From NCBI GenBank assembly GCA_001662655.1, contig KV460219.1: a DNA stretch of 64,000 bases. One strand, written 5' to 3'. The position numbers and the translations under genes were made by a program. Positions 1 through 13,191 of this stretch are shown piece after piece. Source of the DNA: Pseudogymnoascus verrucosus. Taxonomy: Eukaryota. Within the stretch, counting starts at the first letter, position 1; every line of letters starts with the position of its first letter. The notes under the pieces were generated by a model. It did no database searches. It saw only the letters and a list, made by a program, of their open reading frames with translations, and had not been told where the DNA came from.

Positions 1-833
1 GGGATATGCGAAGATTGTTTATGGAGGGATGTGAGGAATTTGTGCAGTGGTCGCATCGCGTCACAGGCTATGAATTAACTGCCAACGGTGTCCGTGCCAT
101 CTTTGCGGACGGCTCAAAGTCGGTGGAGGGATCTATGCTGATTGCCGGTGAGGGTATCCGCTCCGGCGTCGCCAAGCAGCTTTCAGGTGGTAAACTGAAG
201 GTTTACGACACGGGCGCGAGAGGAATCCACGGACAGGCTCCAACGACGTCATTCAAGGGGCTTGGAGAAGGCGTGTGGATCCTCCTTGACGAATCCCACC
301 CCAAGGGCAAAGTTTCCATCATTACCAACGTCCGTCCGGACGAGATGGACGACCCATCCTTGAATTTCGGGTGGACCATGGTCGCCGAGCCCGGCATCGT
401 TTCGCCGCCCAACAATGATGATTCTACGATCGGCATCCCAGCCGCTGATGTGGCAAAAGAGCTTACAGCGGACTGGAACCCGCGCTTTAAACCCCTCTTT
501 GACGAGATGGTGGCCACTGACGCGGCATTCTGGAAGATTACGTGCTCAACTCCGACGGGTGTGCCAGAGTGGGAGAACCAGAACAGAGTAACTGTGATTG
601 GAGACGCAGCGCATTCAATGACGCCTGCTGGAGGGATTGGGGCGAATACTGCGGTTAGGGACTCAGCGCTACTTGGGAAATTGCTCGCTGAAGCGGGGGG
701 TTATAAGGAGGGCGTGACGGCTGCGTATGAGAAGGAGATGAGGGTCTATGCCAGTGAGGCTGTCCAAGCGAGTTATGGGATGGCGAAGAATCAGATGGGG
801 GTTGTGATTGACGAAAATACGAAGACGTTGTGA
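1..833 (+). CDS. FAD-dependent monooxygenase (aromatic hydroxylase family), 5'-truncated by the window edge
   Basis: ORF contains a DG-like motif (LIAGEGIRS) and the C-terminal FAD motif VTVIGDAAHSMTPAGGIGANTAVRD. The N-terminal GxGxxG is missing, so the start lies upstream of base 1. Confidence 0.88.
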   Translation, partial: DMRRLFMEGCEEFVQWSHRVTGYELTANGVRAIFADGSKSVEGSMLIAGEGIRSGVAKQLSGGKLKVYDTGARGIHGQAPTTSFKGLGEGVWILLDESHPKGKVSIITNVRPDEMDDPSLNFGWTMVAEPGIVSPPNNDDSTIGIPAADVAKELTADWNPRFKPLFDEMVATDAAFWKITCSTPTGVPEWENQNRVTVIGDAAHSMTPAGGIGANTAVRDSALLGKLLAEAGGYKEGVTAAYEKEMRVYASEAVQASYGMAKNQMGVVIDENTKTL

Positions 834-1173
834 GGGTGTGGGTGTTACCAAAGGGATCTATTAGATATATTAGTGGCATATTCCACTCAATTCGGCGCAG
901 TTTATAACCAGCAAATAGAAATGTATTTCCAAGTAGATTTCCATATCTTTCTTTGCCACCTAGCCTCAAGTCCGTCATCTTCAACGCCGTCGCCATAAAT
1001 ATGAGCACACAAATGCTTAACTTAGTCACTGTGGCATATGGTAAACTGTAAATAGTGTCACGAAAGGCGACATAAACGTACTGCCAGAGGCTTAATCATT
1101 CTCCAGAACTCTATTGAATTAGATTTCTCCCAAACAATCGATCCAAGTGCAACTCCATATAGTCCATTCACCC

Positions 1174-4100
1174 CTATTCCCTATCACTATGCCCTTTTTC
1201 AAGCATCCGTCGAATCGCATGATGGCCATTTCCAGATGCCCTCCTTATAGCATTTTCATACTGCGCCTGTCCGTCACCAAATACGTTTGCTCCGGCATTA
1301 AGCAGAAGTTGAACCATATCTAGCCTCCCATGCTCTGCTGCCCCTTCCAGTGCCGTCCTCCCATCAGTCTCCGCAGCTGCGGCATTAACATCTGCTTCAT
1401 GTTCTAACAGAAGATGAGCGATTCCGAGAAATCCTTGCATGGCAGCGTATTGCAGCGCGGTTGCACCACTTCCAGTAGTGGGCGGAGAGTTCACATCTGC
1501 CCCGTGCTCTAGCAGTAAGTCGATAATCTCTTTGCTCCCGTCCAGACTCGCCTCCTGCAGAGGCGTGCGAGGTATATGGTATTCGACACATATGTCGCTA
1601 TTCGTCTCTTCGTCATCAATAAAGGTTCCATTGGCATTGGCCTTGTATCGAAGAAGGATTCTGATCATTTCCACATCTCCATTATGAACTGCAATCTGAA
1701 GTGGCATCCTATAGTCGTCAGATTTGTATTTTCCACCGATTGACACGGAATTTGGATTCGATCCGTAATCAAGGAGAACCCGTGCAGCCGCCTTGTCGTT
1801 CCTCTTGACAGCAGATTGAACTGGTGAATATTGCGCACCAAACAGTACATCTGTGTCTGCCTTGGCACCTGCTTCCAAAAGGATTTTTAATAGCTGTAGT
1901 CCATTGTTCATCTCGGCCGCCCTGTCAATAGCAGATTCCTTCGCCCAAAAATCGGTATACAGACGCCTCTTCAAGTCCACACCATAGTCTAGTAACGTAT
2001 TCGGGTCTGCACCGAAGTTTAGAAGCATGCGTACAATGTCGAAACTGGCACTGGAATGAAGCTTCAGGGTTTGAGCCAGCGCAAATGATAGCATGGACTC
2101 CGATTTGGTATCCCTTAGATGGCTAAAGAGTATAGTCCTGGCCCAATGTAGCTCCTGGTCTTTGATAGCTACCTTTATAGCCATGGGATCGTCGAGGTTT
2201 GCCCCTTCGCGAATAATTAAATTGACCATTTCAGGATCTCGAATTAGAATTGCAGCAGCAAGTGGTGTCATTCTTGACCTAGTGTTTGGGGAGTAACCAT
2301 CAAGTGGATTATTGATTTTGACGCCTCTTCGAATGAGATCGTACACTAAATCCGAATTGTTGGCTACAAGAGCGGCAGTTATGGGTCTGATGCAATAACA
2401 AGGGTGGTGCAACAGAAAAAGACCAGTAATCCCATAAGTCTCTCTCTCTATCCTGTGTACGCTGTCATGAAGATGGTCGACGCCAAAGGCCTCTGTATCA
2501 GCGCCCCAATCAAGAAGATACTTGACCACATCACTGTCACCCTGTCTAATTGCAGCTATCAGTGCATTTCCGGATAAATCGTGAACTCCAGAGCAAGATG
2601 TGGCAGATGGTACCCTTGGATTTAATTTTGCGCCCATGCCCATCAAGCGCTCAAGTATCTTTTTGTTTCTCGTCATGATTGCAGCAAATAATGGGGTCTG
2701 GCCTTCGGGTCCCATCGTATTGACGTTAGCAAATGCAGATAAAAGGGTGTCAATAACTTCGTCCTGTCTTTTCGAGATTGCCAGATAAAGTGAGTCGCCA
2801 AACCAAGGAGACAATGGGACTAGGCTGTGCTGCAATATAAAGCGGAGGGCCCTAACATGCCCTCCTGAACAACAGCTTTCAATAGCTTTTGTTAGCTCAG
2901 TAGATTTATAGAGAAGAATGCCATCAAAGCTAAAGGTCCCGTCGTTGAACAAGTACTCTATTGTAGAGACATGCCCTAAGTGTATAGCTTTAAGTAGTGC
3001 TACCTCTTTTATCCATATATTATATGTCTCCATGAGATGAGCTTGGTGGTCGGTTGCAGGTAATGTCGCTATTGTCGGCACTGAAGCACCAGCGAGTATG
3101 AGGTGGTTAAGAACGTGGAGGCTCTGAAATTGAATGCCATATTCAACTGACAGCAATGTTATCTGTGCTCCAGCAGATATTAATATGTTAACAACTTCTA
3201 TAGACCCAGAGAGAACACCCAAGTCAAAAATTGTGTAGGACTCGGGCCCAGAGTAACCGGGGGGTAATCCATACATAGACTCGGCGTTAAACTCTTCGTG
3301 TACATTTGCCCCTGCCTTTATAAGGCTGCTGAGCACACCTACTACGGCATCTTGACCTTTGGTGTCTCGAGACACACGGAATTGATACTCAAGTGGCCGT
3401 ATGGTGCTAGACAGCAAATATTTTTTCATTCGGTCCCGGCTGTAAATGCAATCGTGCAGTAGGAAGGGGCCCCATTTATCTGTTGGGGGCACCGCGTCGG
3501 CACCGTTTTGAATAAGGAGATCAACGATATCTTTTTTCCGGTGTCTAGATGCTGCACTAAGAGGTGTGTCATATTCGAAATCTTCCTCAAAAGGTGCCTT
3601 GACAAACTCTATGGAAATATTAATGGCTGCTCCTGCACGAAGTAAAGAGCTACCGAGGTTGAAGAGGCGGTCGTCTGATGGTTTGTGAGTGGCTGCTTGG
3701 TTGTCGACACTATATTGGCTATCTTCAGCATCGTATTCTTTATTGTCACCGTCTTCACATTCTTCAATTCTATCATCATCGCTACTCGAATATCCGTTGT
3801 TGCGAATCTCGTCTCCAATAATGGCAAACACTAATGCACTGCTTTTCCATCCAGTATTCGGCTCATCAATAGTTGATCCGGCCTTAATCAACTCAAGGGC
3901 CATTTCATTGTTTCCTCGGATAATAGCAAACTGCAATGGAGTGAAGTCATCGTAATCGTCTTGGCATTTGTGTCCATTCGGATTTACTCCCGCTTGAAGC
4001 AAATATTTGATAGTTGATATATCTTCATCCTCAATCGCAAAACGAAAGAGATTTTCAAGTAGGGCCTCTGCAGTTGGTCCCTTCATGGACGAGAGCGCTT

Positions 4101-5149
4101 CAAGAACCGATGTGGTGCTATGAGTTTTGATGAGCCACTCTCGAAGCTTTCCACCATTGGTGACTCCCGGAAAATTGTTAGAAGCTATAAATGTTGCCAG
4201 GTTTAATAACTTGTCGTGGCTTATATCTTCAGCTCGTTGTATTGCAAATCCAGCAGCGCGTGGTTCTTCAAGAAAAGCCGACAAAGGAAGGAGGGAGTCC
4301 AGAATAGGAAGGATGCCACTGTCGGTTTTCCGACGAGGTGATTGGAACATCATCGTGAAGGGCGACATCGACGCAGAAAAAGGCGCAATTGCTCCCGCTA
4401 CCCGTAACAATGGTTAGAACTACATTTATTAAAACTTGTGAATTGTTACCCACCATATATGGGCCGCGCAAATTTCTGGAATTGAAAAATAGCAAGGTTT
4501 TCAAACGCCAATCGAAAAAATGGTTGCGCTAGTGGTGTCCGTATGTCGAATCCAGGGGGCGTTTGAGGAGGTGCTTCTAATAATTTTTATTATAGTCACA
4601 TTTTTAAAGATATCATAGCAAGCTCACCAAAAGCAACTCTGGCTTGTTCAATGGCTGTCATATATCCTTGTCGAGCAGTTTCCTTCCGAAGTTTCTCTAG
4701 GGGCATCAATTGCCCGTCAAGATAGACGCCACTCTCTTTCCCAGCCCTCTTCCGAAGCTGAATCTTGCGGTTCATAATTTCCCAATCTCTTTTCGTACGG
4801 TTCTTCTTAAAGCCCCAGTCTTTGAGCTGTTTCTCGTATTGTGCCTTCCTGTGGAATGTTAAAACTGCGCTTTCGAAAGTGGTATTTATTATAATGCGAG
4901 TCTGGCCCAGTAAAACTACTGAAGTTCTGTATGAATTGTATAGTAGAGTATAATTGCACACATGCGCGGGTAGGCCAAATAAACGTTTTTGAACTGTACG
5001 TGTACTCACGATTTTTTGAATTCGTGCTGGGTTTCCATGATTTTGATTACACCCCCAGGCCCTTCGAGTTTATGTCCCTTGATCATATAGACCCCACGGA
5101 TGATATTCTTGAACCGGTCCTAGCCTTGCGAGTCGACGGGTTGAGACAT
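1174..5149 (-). CDS. Clr5-domain plus multi-ankyrin-repeat protein (1,235 aa if read through) with one in-frame UAG at codon 10
   Basis: Manual splicing gives exons 5149-5010, 4848-4628, 4576-4454 and 4397-1174, all GT-AG, total 3708 nt. N-terminus MSQPVDSQG*DRFKNIIRGVYMIKGHKLEG...METQHEFKKSKAQYEKQLKDWGFKKN is Clr5-like. Many ankyrin motifs follow (TPLQFA, TPLSAA, TPLFAA, TALQYAA, GRTALEGAAEHGRLDMVQLLLNAGA). Confidence 0.85.
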
Positions 5150-5457
5150 TATGGGCTTGGAAGATCGTACTTCGCGGCTTTATTGCTCGAAATGGAAGAT
5201 AGTGAAGAACGCCGAGTTAACTGCGACCGTCAAGGTGGCATATTTTGAATGCTCGATGACAAGGCTACTGACGGGACACTTGATTCCTTTATAATTCCAT
5301 GTACATGGGGCGGCTGTGCACATTATGTTCCAGCAGTTGTCAGGCCCCTGCAGCTCAAGGTCCAAAATACCGCGACTGATTGGCCAAATCCAAAATCTTC
5401 CTGTACATTTCCTCCGCCCACCTCTATGAGATTTCGGCTCTCAGGCGAGGCTGGAGT

Positions 5458-5545
5458 ATGCCCTGCGGTTACTGGCTCAAACCAAATTATGTCTGTATGA
5501 TGCCCTACGGTTATTCGCTCAAACCAAATTCTGTCTGCATGATCC
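5458..5545. repeat. Imperfect 42-bp tandem duplication upstream of the Clr5-ankyrin gene
   Basis: ATGCCCTGCGGTTACTGGCTCAAACCAAATTATGTCTGTATG is followed by ATGCCCTACGGTTATTCGCTCAAACCAAATTCTGTCTGCATG. Confidence 0.7.
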
Positions 5546-8069
5546 CCACGCTCTGGTCAAGCTGATTTCTTGTATTCTAGTCAGGACACCTGCAGGATAG
5601 TCCTTTCGGAAGACGACTGTATCATTGGTTGACCCCAAAATCCGTTGCGCTGCGCCATAATAGTCAATAATCTGATCTATGGATCGGGCGATTCAAGCCT
5701 CTGATAATTTGGGGCATGGATAGGACCATTCAAGCCTCCAATTCCTAGTTTTGGTACATGGGTACACGTAGCGATTACTGGTCGATGCCAAAAACCGCTG
5801 GCAGGCATCCCTGTTACTTCAGCACGAAGGCTATGTATGCGATTTATGTCGGATGTTCCGATGGAACCCTCTCTAATTGGATGTTCCCAAAATCGGCGGT
5901 CGTTGTCCCTACATTTGGCTTTAGCGTATTTCTCCTGGGCTGGCTCCAACGTTGGCTACCGCCATTGTGATTTATATAAGATAAGTTGCGATCCATTTTA
6001 CATACACTAAATGGAGGAGATAGAGTTTAATTTATAACCCACGGCTCACCCTAATAATTTCACATCCAATTCTTCTTAACTGAATTTCTTGAGATAAATG
6101 TCTCTCAGCTGTTGATGTTGTACTATACACCTACGACATTCTCCTCCCACAAAAATGGAGCTTTCCGCGGAGGCAATAATCGGGCTGGTAGCTCTCTTAG
6201 TTACCTCCCCCCCCTCTGCCCTTCTTATATATAGCTGGGTCAGAAGACGGCAAAGAAGTACTCGAGAAGGAGGTCTGTCTTATTGACACCCAGTGACCGA
6301 TATAAGAAGCTTATACTGATACTCATACAGATAATATGCCTCAAAGTAGCCTAGCTCAGCAACGAGGGAGAGTTCGAAGCATCCCAGAATATTCAATCGA
6401 AAGCATAAGCCCCCAAGATAACAAAGGGGTTCTCTGGAACTATGGTCCGTATATCAATGAAGAAGCCTTCCCAGAATCGATAGGGACGCGGCTAACTTTT
6501 GCTACCATTTCCAGAAATCACCTCCCTCTACCTTGAGTCTCGATGTCATGTCTTGACAAGGGTTCATACAATCAACCATCCGAATTATGAAATGAATACC
6601 AGAGCTCAGAACACCGCGTGGTGTTGATGCAACTCCATGGGTGGCTCCTGATTGCACGTTGATGTAAATGAGGCGACTTTCCTGCTCTGGCAGAGGGCCA
6701 TGTATATTTTAAGGGCATAAGAAATATGAGAACAGGAACAGAAGCAACCGTGGTAGGCGGAGCGTTGAATTGGTGTGTGGTCTGGAGAGTCCCTCACAGA
6801 GCGATATGATATCTCGGTGTCCCTAGGTAGCCACACGCTTTGGCTGGAGTTTTGAAGAGGGAGCCCCTTCAAGTCGCGGTAAATCAGTCCAGTCTGGGTG
6901 GCTGACTGTCGGTATTATCGTCGTCGGCTCGGGAATATCAGGTTCAAGGATGGAAGCTCATGTATCAGTACTTGGCAGCACATGAGGAGAAGGAGAACCC
7001 AGCCTTTCTTCAAACAGAATATTTTGGCGCCACATAGAATACAAATTAGACATGAAAACTTGAAAATCAACCGTGCAGTTGCAGGGCTGCGATGCTGCGA
7101 TGTCAAAAGACAACACTGTGTATATAGCTGACACCTCCTGGGACGGTGCTATGCCTATAGAAAAAAACGGGGGTGGACAAGAAGCAAAAAATACCCATAT
7201 TATACAATACAAAACAGCACCTAGATCGCACTCGGTTTCTTCACAGGAGCTGTCCAGGACGCCGTCTGTCAGGCTGACACTGACGCCGCAGTCAACGCAG
7301 GAGCGGTACCAGTCAAGAACTTGAGCTGTCCCCAAGGTATACTATAATGAGATTCCATGCGTAAAAAAAAAGAGGCGGTAGATCCTTTCTATGCGTTCCA
7401 ATCATGAATACAGGCTTTCAGAGTTGCCTTGACCTGATGCTCAACTTCGTCGTTGACTTGATGCCCAGGTTGATGAGGTCTCTATTATTAGGTGCGGAGC
7501 TATGTCCGTATCGGAGTAACTATTTTCCCAATATTTGAGTTCAGGTGCCCGAGTACCCTCGTTGATGTTTCGAAGGATTTACCAACACGACCGTCCACTC
7601 TTGGATAAATACCAATAGAGACCGCGCATCGTTGACGCGCTACCCCCCTAAATATTCCAGTTGAAATTCAGAGTGTTTGCTGGTGAAGGTGCGCATGACA
7701 CATAGCCTCGCCTTGGTGTGAATGCATGGCTAAGTTTCGAATCTCTCTTAACATCTATCTCATCTCCCTTCTCTTACTCTCCACCCCTCTCCCCGCCTCG
7801 TCACCACTGGCACATCCTCAATGCGCTTGAGATACAAGGAGTATAAAAGGTATTGCGTTATGTTATGATCTGAGGTTGAGAATCCAAATTCTCCAGTTCT
7901 ACGGGCCAAGGCGGCTACGCGGCCAATTTTATGGACATTGTGCCTGTCAATCTGCCTCTTCCAGCAACTACCGACGCGCCGGGAGAGCATCGCCATATAT
8001 AGCTGTCAAATCCCCCGGGACGATCAGCGCAACGCGCAAAGACATCGCAAGACCTCGTGATCTCTCGAT

Positions 8070-9067
8070 ATGAGACTCTCTGCGCACCTTCTTGCCGCCG
8101 CCTGGTTGGTCGGCCTCGCAACTGCGGCAACCCCAGTTCGTAAGTCTCATTGTTTCCTGTCTTCGCCCAGACGAACGTAATGCGACTGATGCTAATTTAT
8201 GGGTGAATAGCGGCAGAGTGCTGGAGTCCAAATCTATCGCTCAACGCCACGAACGTAGATACCCTAACCAACTGCACACTGTACTCTTACCGGTGCTTTG
8301 ACAATGACGAGGGCGTCACATTTGTCACCACATCTCCACCACCTACCGACTGTATGAAACTCAAATCCAATGTGTTCTTCGACGACTATAACATGACTGG
8401 GGCATTGGTGGTCCCTCGCATGGTCGAGACCCAGCAACTTTCCATTCAGGGCCAGCTTACACGCGATCGCAACTCCTCCGGCGGCATTGACAGAACAGTC
8501 CGGCCTCTTCGCGTGGACAGAATCGAGTTCCCCGACCTAGTTAATATCACGGAATTTGGAGGAATATCTGTTATGTATGCGCACAATTTGTCCAGCTTGA
8601 AGTTTCCAAAACTCGAAAATATGCGCGGCACCTTGGACCTCGATCTGTCGGAGGGGCCTGCCATCAGCCTATCCTTCCCGAACCTTCGTCTTGCCTTCAG
8701 TGGCATATGGATCAAGGGCAAAATTGATGCGTAAGCCCCATTGGACGGACCCCCTCTTCTAGACGACATTGACGCTAACTTTATGAACAGACTCGACTTT
8801 CCAGTCCTAAATTTTTCGCGGGCAATCAATATTACGTCGATAGGCAATCTAGATTGCGTGGCTTTTGCGGCAACCGTGGTTAATACGACTACGTGGCCAA
8901 CAGGCTACAAGGAGACGCCCGAATCACTATTTTGCACTTCGAATAAGAACAGCATTAATACCCACCCTGTGCCAGCTGATGAGTCTGGCAGTAGTGGAAT
9001 TTCGTGGTTCCGTGGGGATTTACTGTTACTGGTAGTCCTCGTTGGCGGCGTGAGTTTGGTTGTTTAA
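8070..9067 (+). CDS. Secreted, probably GPI-anchored cell-wall protein (Ecm33/Sps2-like L-domain repeats)
   Basis: Exons 8070-8139, 8211-8730 and 8791-9067. Signal peptide MRLSAHLLAAAWLVGLATA, repeated xFPxL motifs (IEFPDL, LKFPKL, LSFPNL, LDFPVL), and an SGSSG spacer before a hydrophobic C-terminus. Confidence 0.75.
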
Positions 9068-10239
9068 TTAATGGGAAAAATAACGACTATGGCGTATACT
9101 TCGTATTTTAAACTCAGGTCCTTATAATATATAATTGTTAATGTCCCCTCACGTGTCTGCACCATCGTATCTTTCGGGTCACCAAAAAAACATCAGGCAA
9201 GCGCCACAGATACTTCCCGATCGGCGAAAATAGGGGACCGAACCCGGGGATAGAAAAGAAGGGGCCGCGCAAGCAAAGGCTGGGCAAGATCGAAACCGTT
9301 CCCATGTTCCAAGCGCGCTGTCGTCGGGCTGCGATGAAACGGAGATGGCATCCACCTTGATACCAGTGACGAACGCGAGATGAGATACGACGGTGCGATA
9401 TGTGTGGGTGGGCCAGGGGGATGACGATCGCTGCCCCATGTTCTGCAGGGCCATGACCGATATGGACGTACTGGTGTCGCATTTTCGAGATGTCTTGGGA
9501 AGCTTAACACGGCCACTAGAGTACCGCATCTCAGTTCCTACCAGCATTCAGTACAGTTCGAGTCCTCTAGTGCCATTTGTTGTATTATTTTGATGTTGAC
9601 CATATCCGCAAACTTCCAGGGCCCTAAACCCCGTCGTCCTGAAACCAAATACCCTCAGATCGCCGTCCCGCTAACATCGGCCGCCATAGCGCCCACTATA
9701 GCACCCCTTCTCGTACTGCTGTGCTCTTCATTCACCCTGTCCACTTCATCCGGTCCACTTCTCATACTAAAGCCCATCAGGCCCCCACAGACCACCGCCC
9801 CCATAGCCCTAAGATCACGGTAATGAGCGCGAGACAGCCCGTCCATAATTGGAAATCGCCCTACGCTTGCTAAGTGGCCGGTGGTAGCTGCCCTTTTAGT
9901 CCTCTCCACGCACGGCGAGACAAGTCAGGACGCGTATCCTGTCATAGCGGCCATCGGACAGACTGGATCCTGAGAGGAAGATCGGGATTTGGGTCCACTT
10001 TTGGCAGATGTCAGTGAGTCGGTCAGCGCATCCGTATCTCGAATCAGCGACGTTCTCCCCACATCCGCGCCTTTCTCCAGACTTTGTCTCTCCCTAAAAC
10101 CACATCTACGACGCCATCAGTCACCCTTACATAGCTGTACTCTATTCCCGCCTCTCTGGTCGCCGGTATATCGAGACGCAACCATCCGCCCACACCGTAT
10201 CAGCGACACGTCACATGACACTGCACCCCACGCTTCGGA

Positions 10240-13191
10240 ATGGCCTCGCTGCCGCCCCAGCCTGTTCACCGGTCGCGCTGCGATCACCCGGGGTGTACCC
10301 GCTCGTACCTCCGCGCTGAGCATCTCAACCGGCATCGGCTTACACGTGAGTAATTTCGGGTTTTCGCTGTTCGGGATGAGCGGAGTTCAGTGTGTGGGGT
10401 TGAAGAGTGGGAGGCTGGGAAACGGAAGGGATGGAATGCGAGGGGAGGCTAAGTGGAGTGAAGCGTAGGACACGCCAGCTAACCAGAGATACAGACGAAA
10501 CGAGCGCTTTTCAATGCTGTTTATGCACCAAACAGTTCTCACGGAAGTAAGACGTGTCCTCCCTTTCCCCCTCGGGCAAAACGACGTAGTTGTCACGAGG
10601 CCGTCGAAATGTCATTTCTAACGCACGCGTCTAGTGACCTTCTTCATGCCCATCTTAAGCGCCATGAAAAGAGCGGCAAGAAAGGAGCCCACTACGCGCG
10701 TGGACCTAGTCGTCGCGCCGCCATCCCTGAATCCACGCCGAGCAATGGGGTGAAGCAAAGTAGTTCCACCTCCCCGCCACAGCAACAAATTCCAATGAGG
10801 CAGTCGATAGTGCCTGTTCCCCTCCATGTGCCTGCATCTGTGCCGGCGCCGCTGCAGACGTATGAAGGTTGGGCTCCGCCGATTCAGGGCTTGGGGTATG
10901 GGGTGGGAATGAGCGGGCAGGAGCTTCTGCCACAGTTTTCAGGGGAGTTGATGAATGTAGTGGGCTCGCAGCAGCAGATGATCCAGGCCGGGTGGCAGGT
11001 CCCGTATCCGTTTCAGGATGGTGGAATCTTTGGAATGGGGGGAGAACCCTATCTTGAGCTCACGCCTGGGGGGGAGTATGTCGATCCTTTTGCGGAGGGG
11101 TATGGGAATATGGGTGACCATGATATGGGCATTGTGAGTGTTTTATTCTCAGGAGTGTGCGAGTTTGCTTGCTGATATATTGGTAGGGTATAGAAATGGC
11201 GCAAGACGTAAATGTTGGAGAGGTCAGTGAAGAGTGTAGCATGTCGCAGGCTGTGTACGAGAAGCTTACGACTGAGCTTCCGGTAACTATCTCGTTAATC
11301 TTCAATAACAACTCGCTGACAGATTATAGGACCTCGCGAAACTTTATCTTGGTGACCGCGTATCACTGCTCCAGCTTTACAACCATGGCCTCGACTACTC
11401 AAATCTCTGCATGCCCTTTTTCCACCGCCCGACTCTCAAGTTAGAAACGCTGCCGCCACTGCTCATTCTTACTATCTGTAGTCTTGGTGCTTGCACGAAT
11501 AATGACGATGCAATACGGGAGACTGGGAAGGCGATACACACGCATGTATGGCGCCAAACGTTCTTGGTAGGTTATCCTAAATCGATACTTGTGACTTAGC
11601 TGACATGCTGATTAGGCAGCAATGGACGCGAGACAGGTGGATATTTGTACGCTGCAAACTATGTATGTTACTTGTTTATAAATGAATACGTTGGATTCTG
11701 ACTGGTTACAGGGTTCTGCTTGAGCATATCGGTTTCTATGCATTGTCTCGGTCAGCGCATGAGAAGGCTGATGTCTTCCACGCTATGGTTGTGACGGTAA
11801 GCAATTGTTCTGTAATGCTTGATCTTAAAGCATACTAACTCTTTTCAGCTCGCACGACGGAGCAGCCTTCTCGCACAGAATTTTGACAGCACCAATGGCT
11901 CGCGGCTGCCTCTTGAAAAACGATGGGAGGAATGGGCCGAGCGCGAGACAATTATACGGTTAGCCGTCCGCCCACATGTATCTCAGTCTCCCAGATCTAA
12001 CAAATATACGCAGCGTTGCGTACACAATATTTATCCACGATGTCGACTACACAATCCACTTCATGCACCCTGCCCTCCTAACACTTGGCATGCTCAAGCT
12101 CCCCCTCCCCTCACCTCCCTCCCTCTGGCTCGCCAAATCCGCAGCTGACTGGTCCCGCCAAACCGAGAAAACTCGCCCCCCGCCACGCACTTCCTCTCTC
12201 CGCACCCTCCGTTCGGCCCTCGAACTTCTCATTCCAGTTCACTGCACGCACTCTCGCCCCCGCCGCCGCAACGCTTTCGAGCTCTTCTGCTCTAGCGCAT
12301 TCACCCTCCAAATCCTAGTCCACGGCCTCGCCTCCGCTGTCTTTGAGCACAAGTTCCGCGGCATCGAAGCCGGTTGCTCACCTGGCTTACAGCTTCTCCA
12401 GATCCGCGATTTTGAGGACGGGCTCGCCAGTTGGATGGTCTGCTTCGAGCGTCTGGCGCCAGAAACGGGATGTACAGAGCTCGCGAGGAGCGCGCTGGTT
12501 ACGTACCACTTCACGTCTATTCTTCTGCGCGAGAGTCTCTCGGATATTCTTATGGCGGCCGGGACGTCGTATTCATGGGGCCGTGTGGTGACTCCTCAGC
12601 GAGCGCAGGAGGCGTTTTTGCCGCTGGTGGGTACGCAGCCTGTAGGGCAGGATGCCTATCGGCATGCGCTTAAGATTATGAGTTTGTGTCTTGATAATGA
12701 ACATGGCACGGCGAATGCGGATGGGGCGCGCAGGATGTTGCATCCGCTGTATTTGACGTATAATACCTTCATTGCTGTCTTGGTACTATGGGCATATGCG
12801 CTGGGACTCAGCAGAACGCATAGCGCGAAGACGGGGCAGCCGCAGCCAGCGCAAATGCTTTGGGTTGTTGAGTCTGGGAAGCTGAAAAGGGTTGATCCGG
12901 CAAAACAAGCAGCTGGCTCCGGGGTGGTCGAGGCAACGGCATTAGGTGGTATCTTAGAAAGAGGGTTTGCGAAGCCGGAGATTGGGGCATATGAGATTGA
13001 AGCTACTAGAGGAGATGTGAGGGGTATGATGAGAATGGTCAGGGGGAGGCTGGAGGGGAGTGCGTGGGAATTATGTGAGTTGTCCCCCAATAATCGGTGG
13101 TGGCGTCCAGAGTATGTGCTAACTGAGACCAGCGCACGAGGCGACGCGTGTACTTGATGCTTTACTAGATAAAAATGGGTTTATGGACTAA
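10240..13191 (+). CDS. C2H2 zinc-finger transcription factor with fungal-specific TF domain (multi-exon)
   Basis: Spliced N-terminus gives two fingers, RCDHPGCTRSYLRAEHLNRHRLTH and FQCCLCTKQFSRNDLLHAHLKRHE. Downstream motifs are PFFHRPTL, LEKRWEEWAERETIIR and LPLPSPPSLWLAKSAADW. The last exon ends GFMD* at 13191. Confidence 0.85.

Noticed and set aside
6330..7340. Short ORFs suggesting a decayed gene
   Set aside because: No recognisable motif or consistent splice model; a translated search would be needed.
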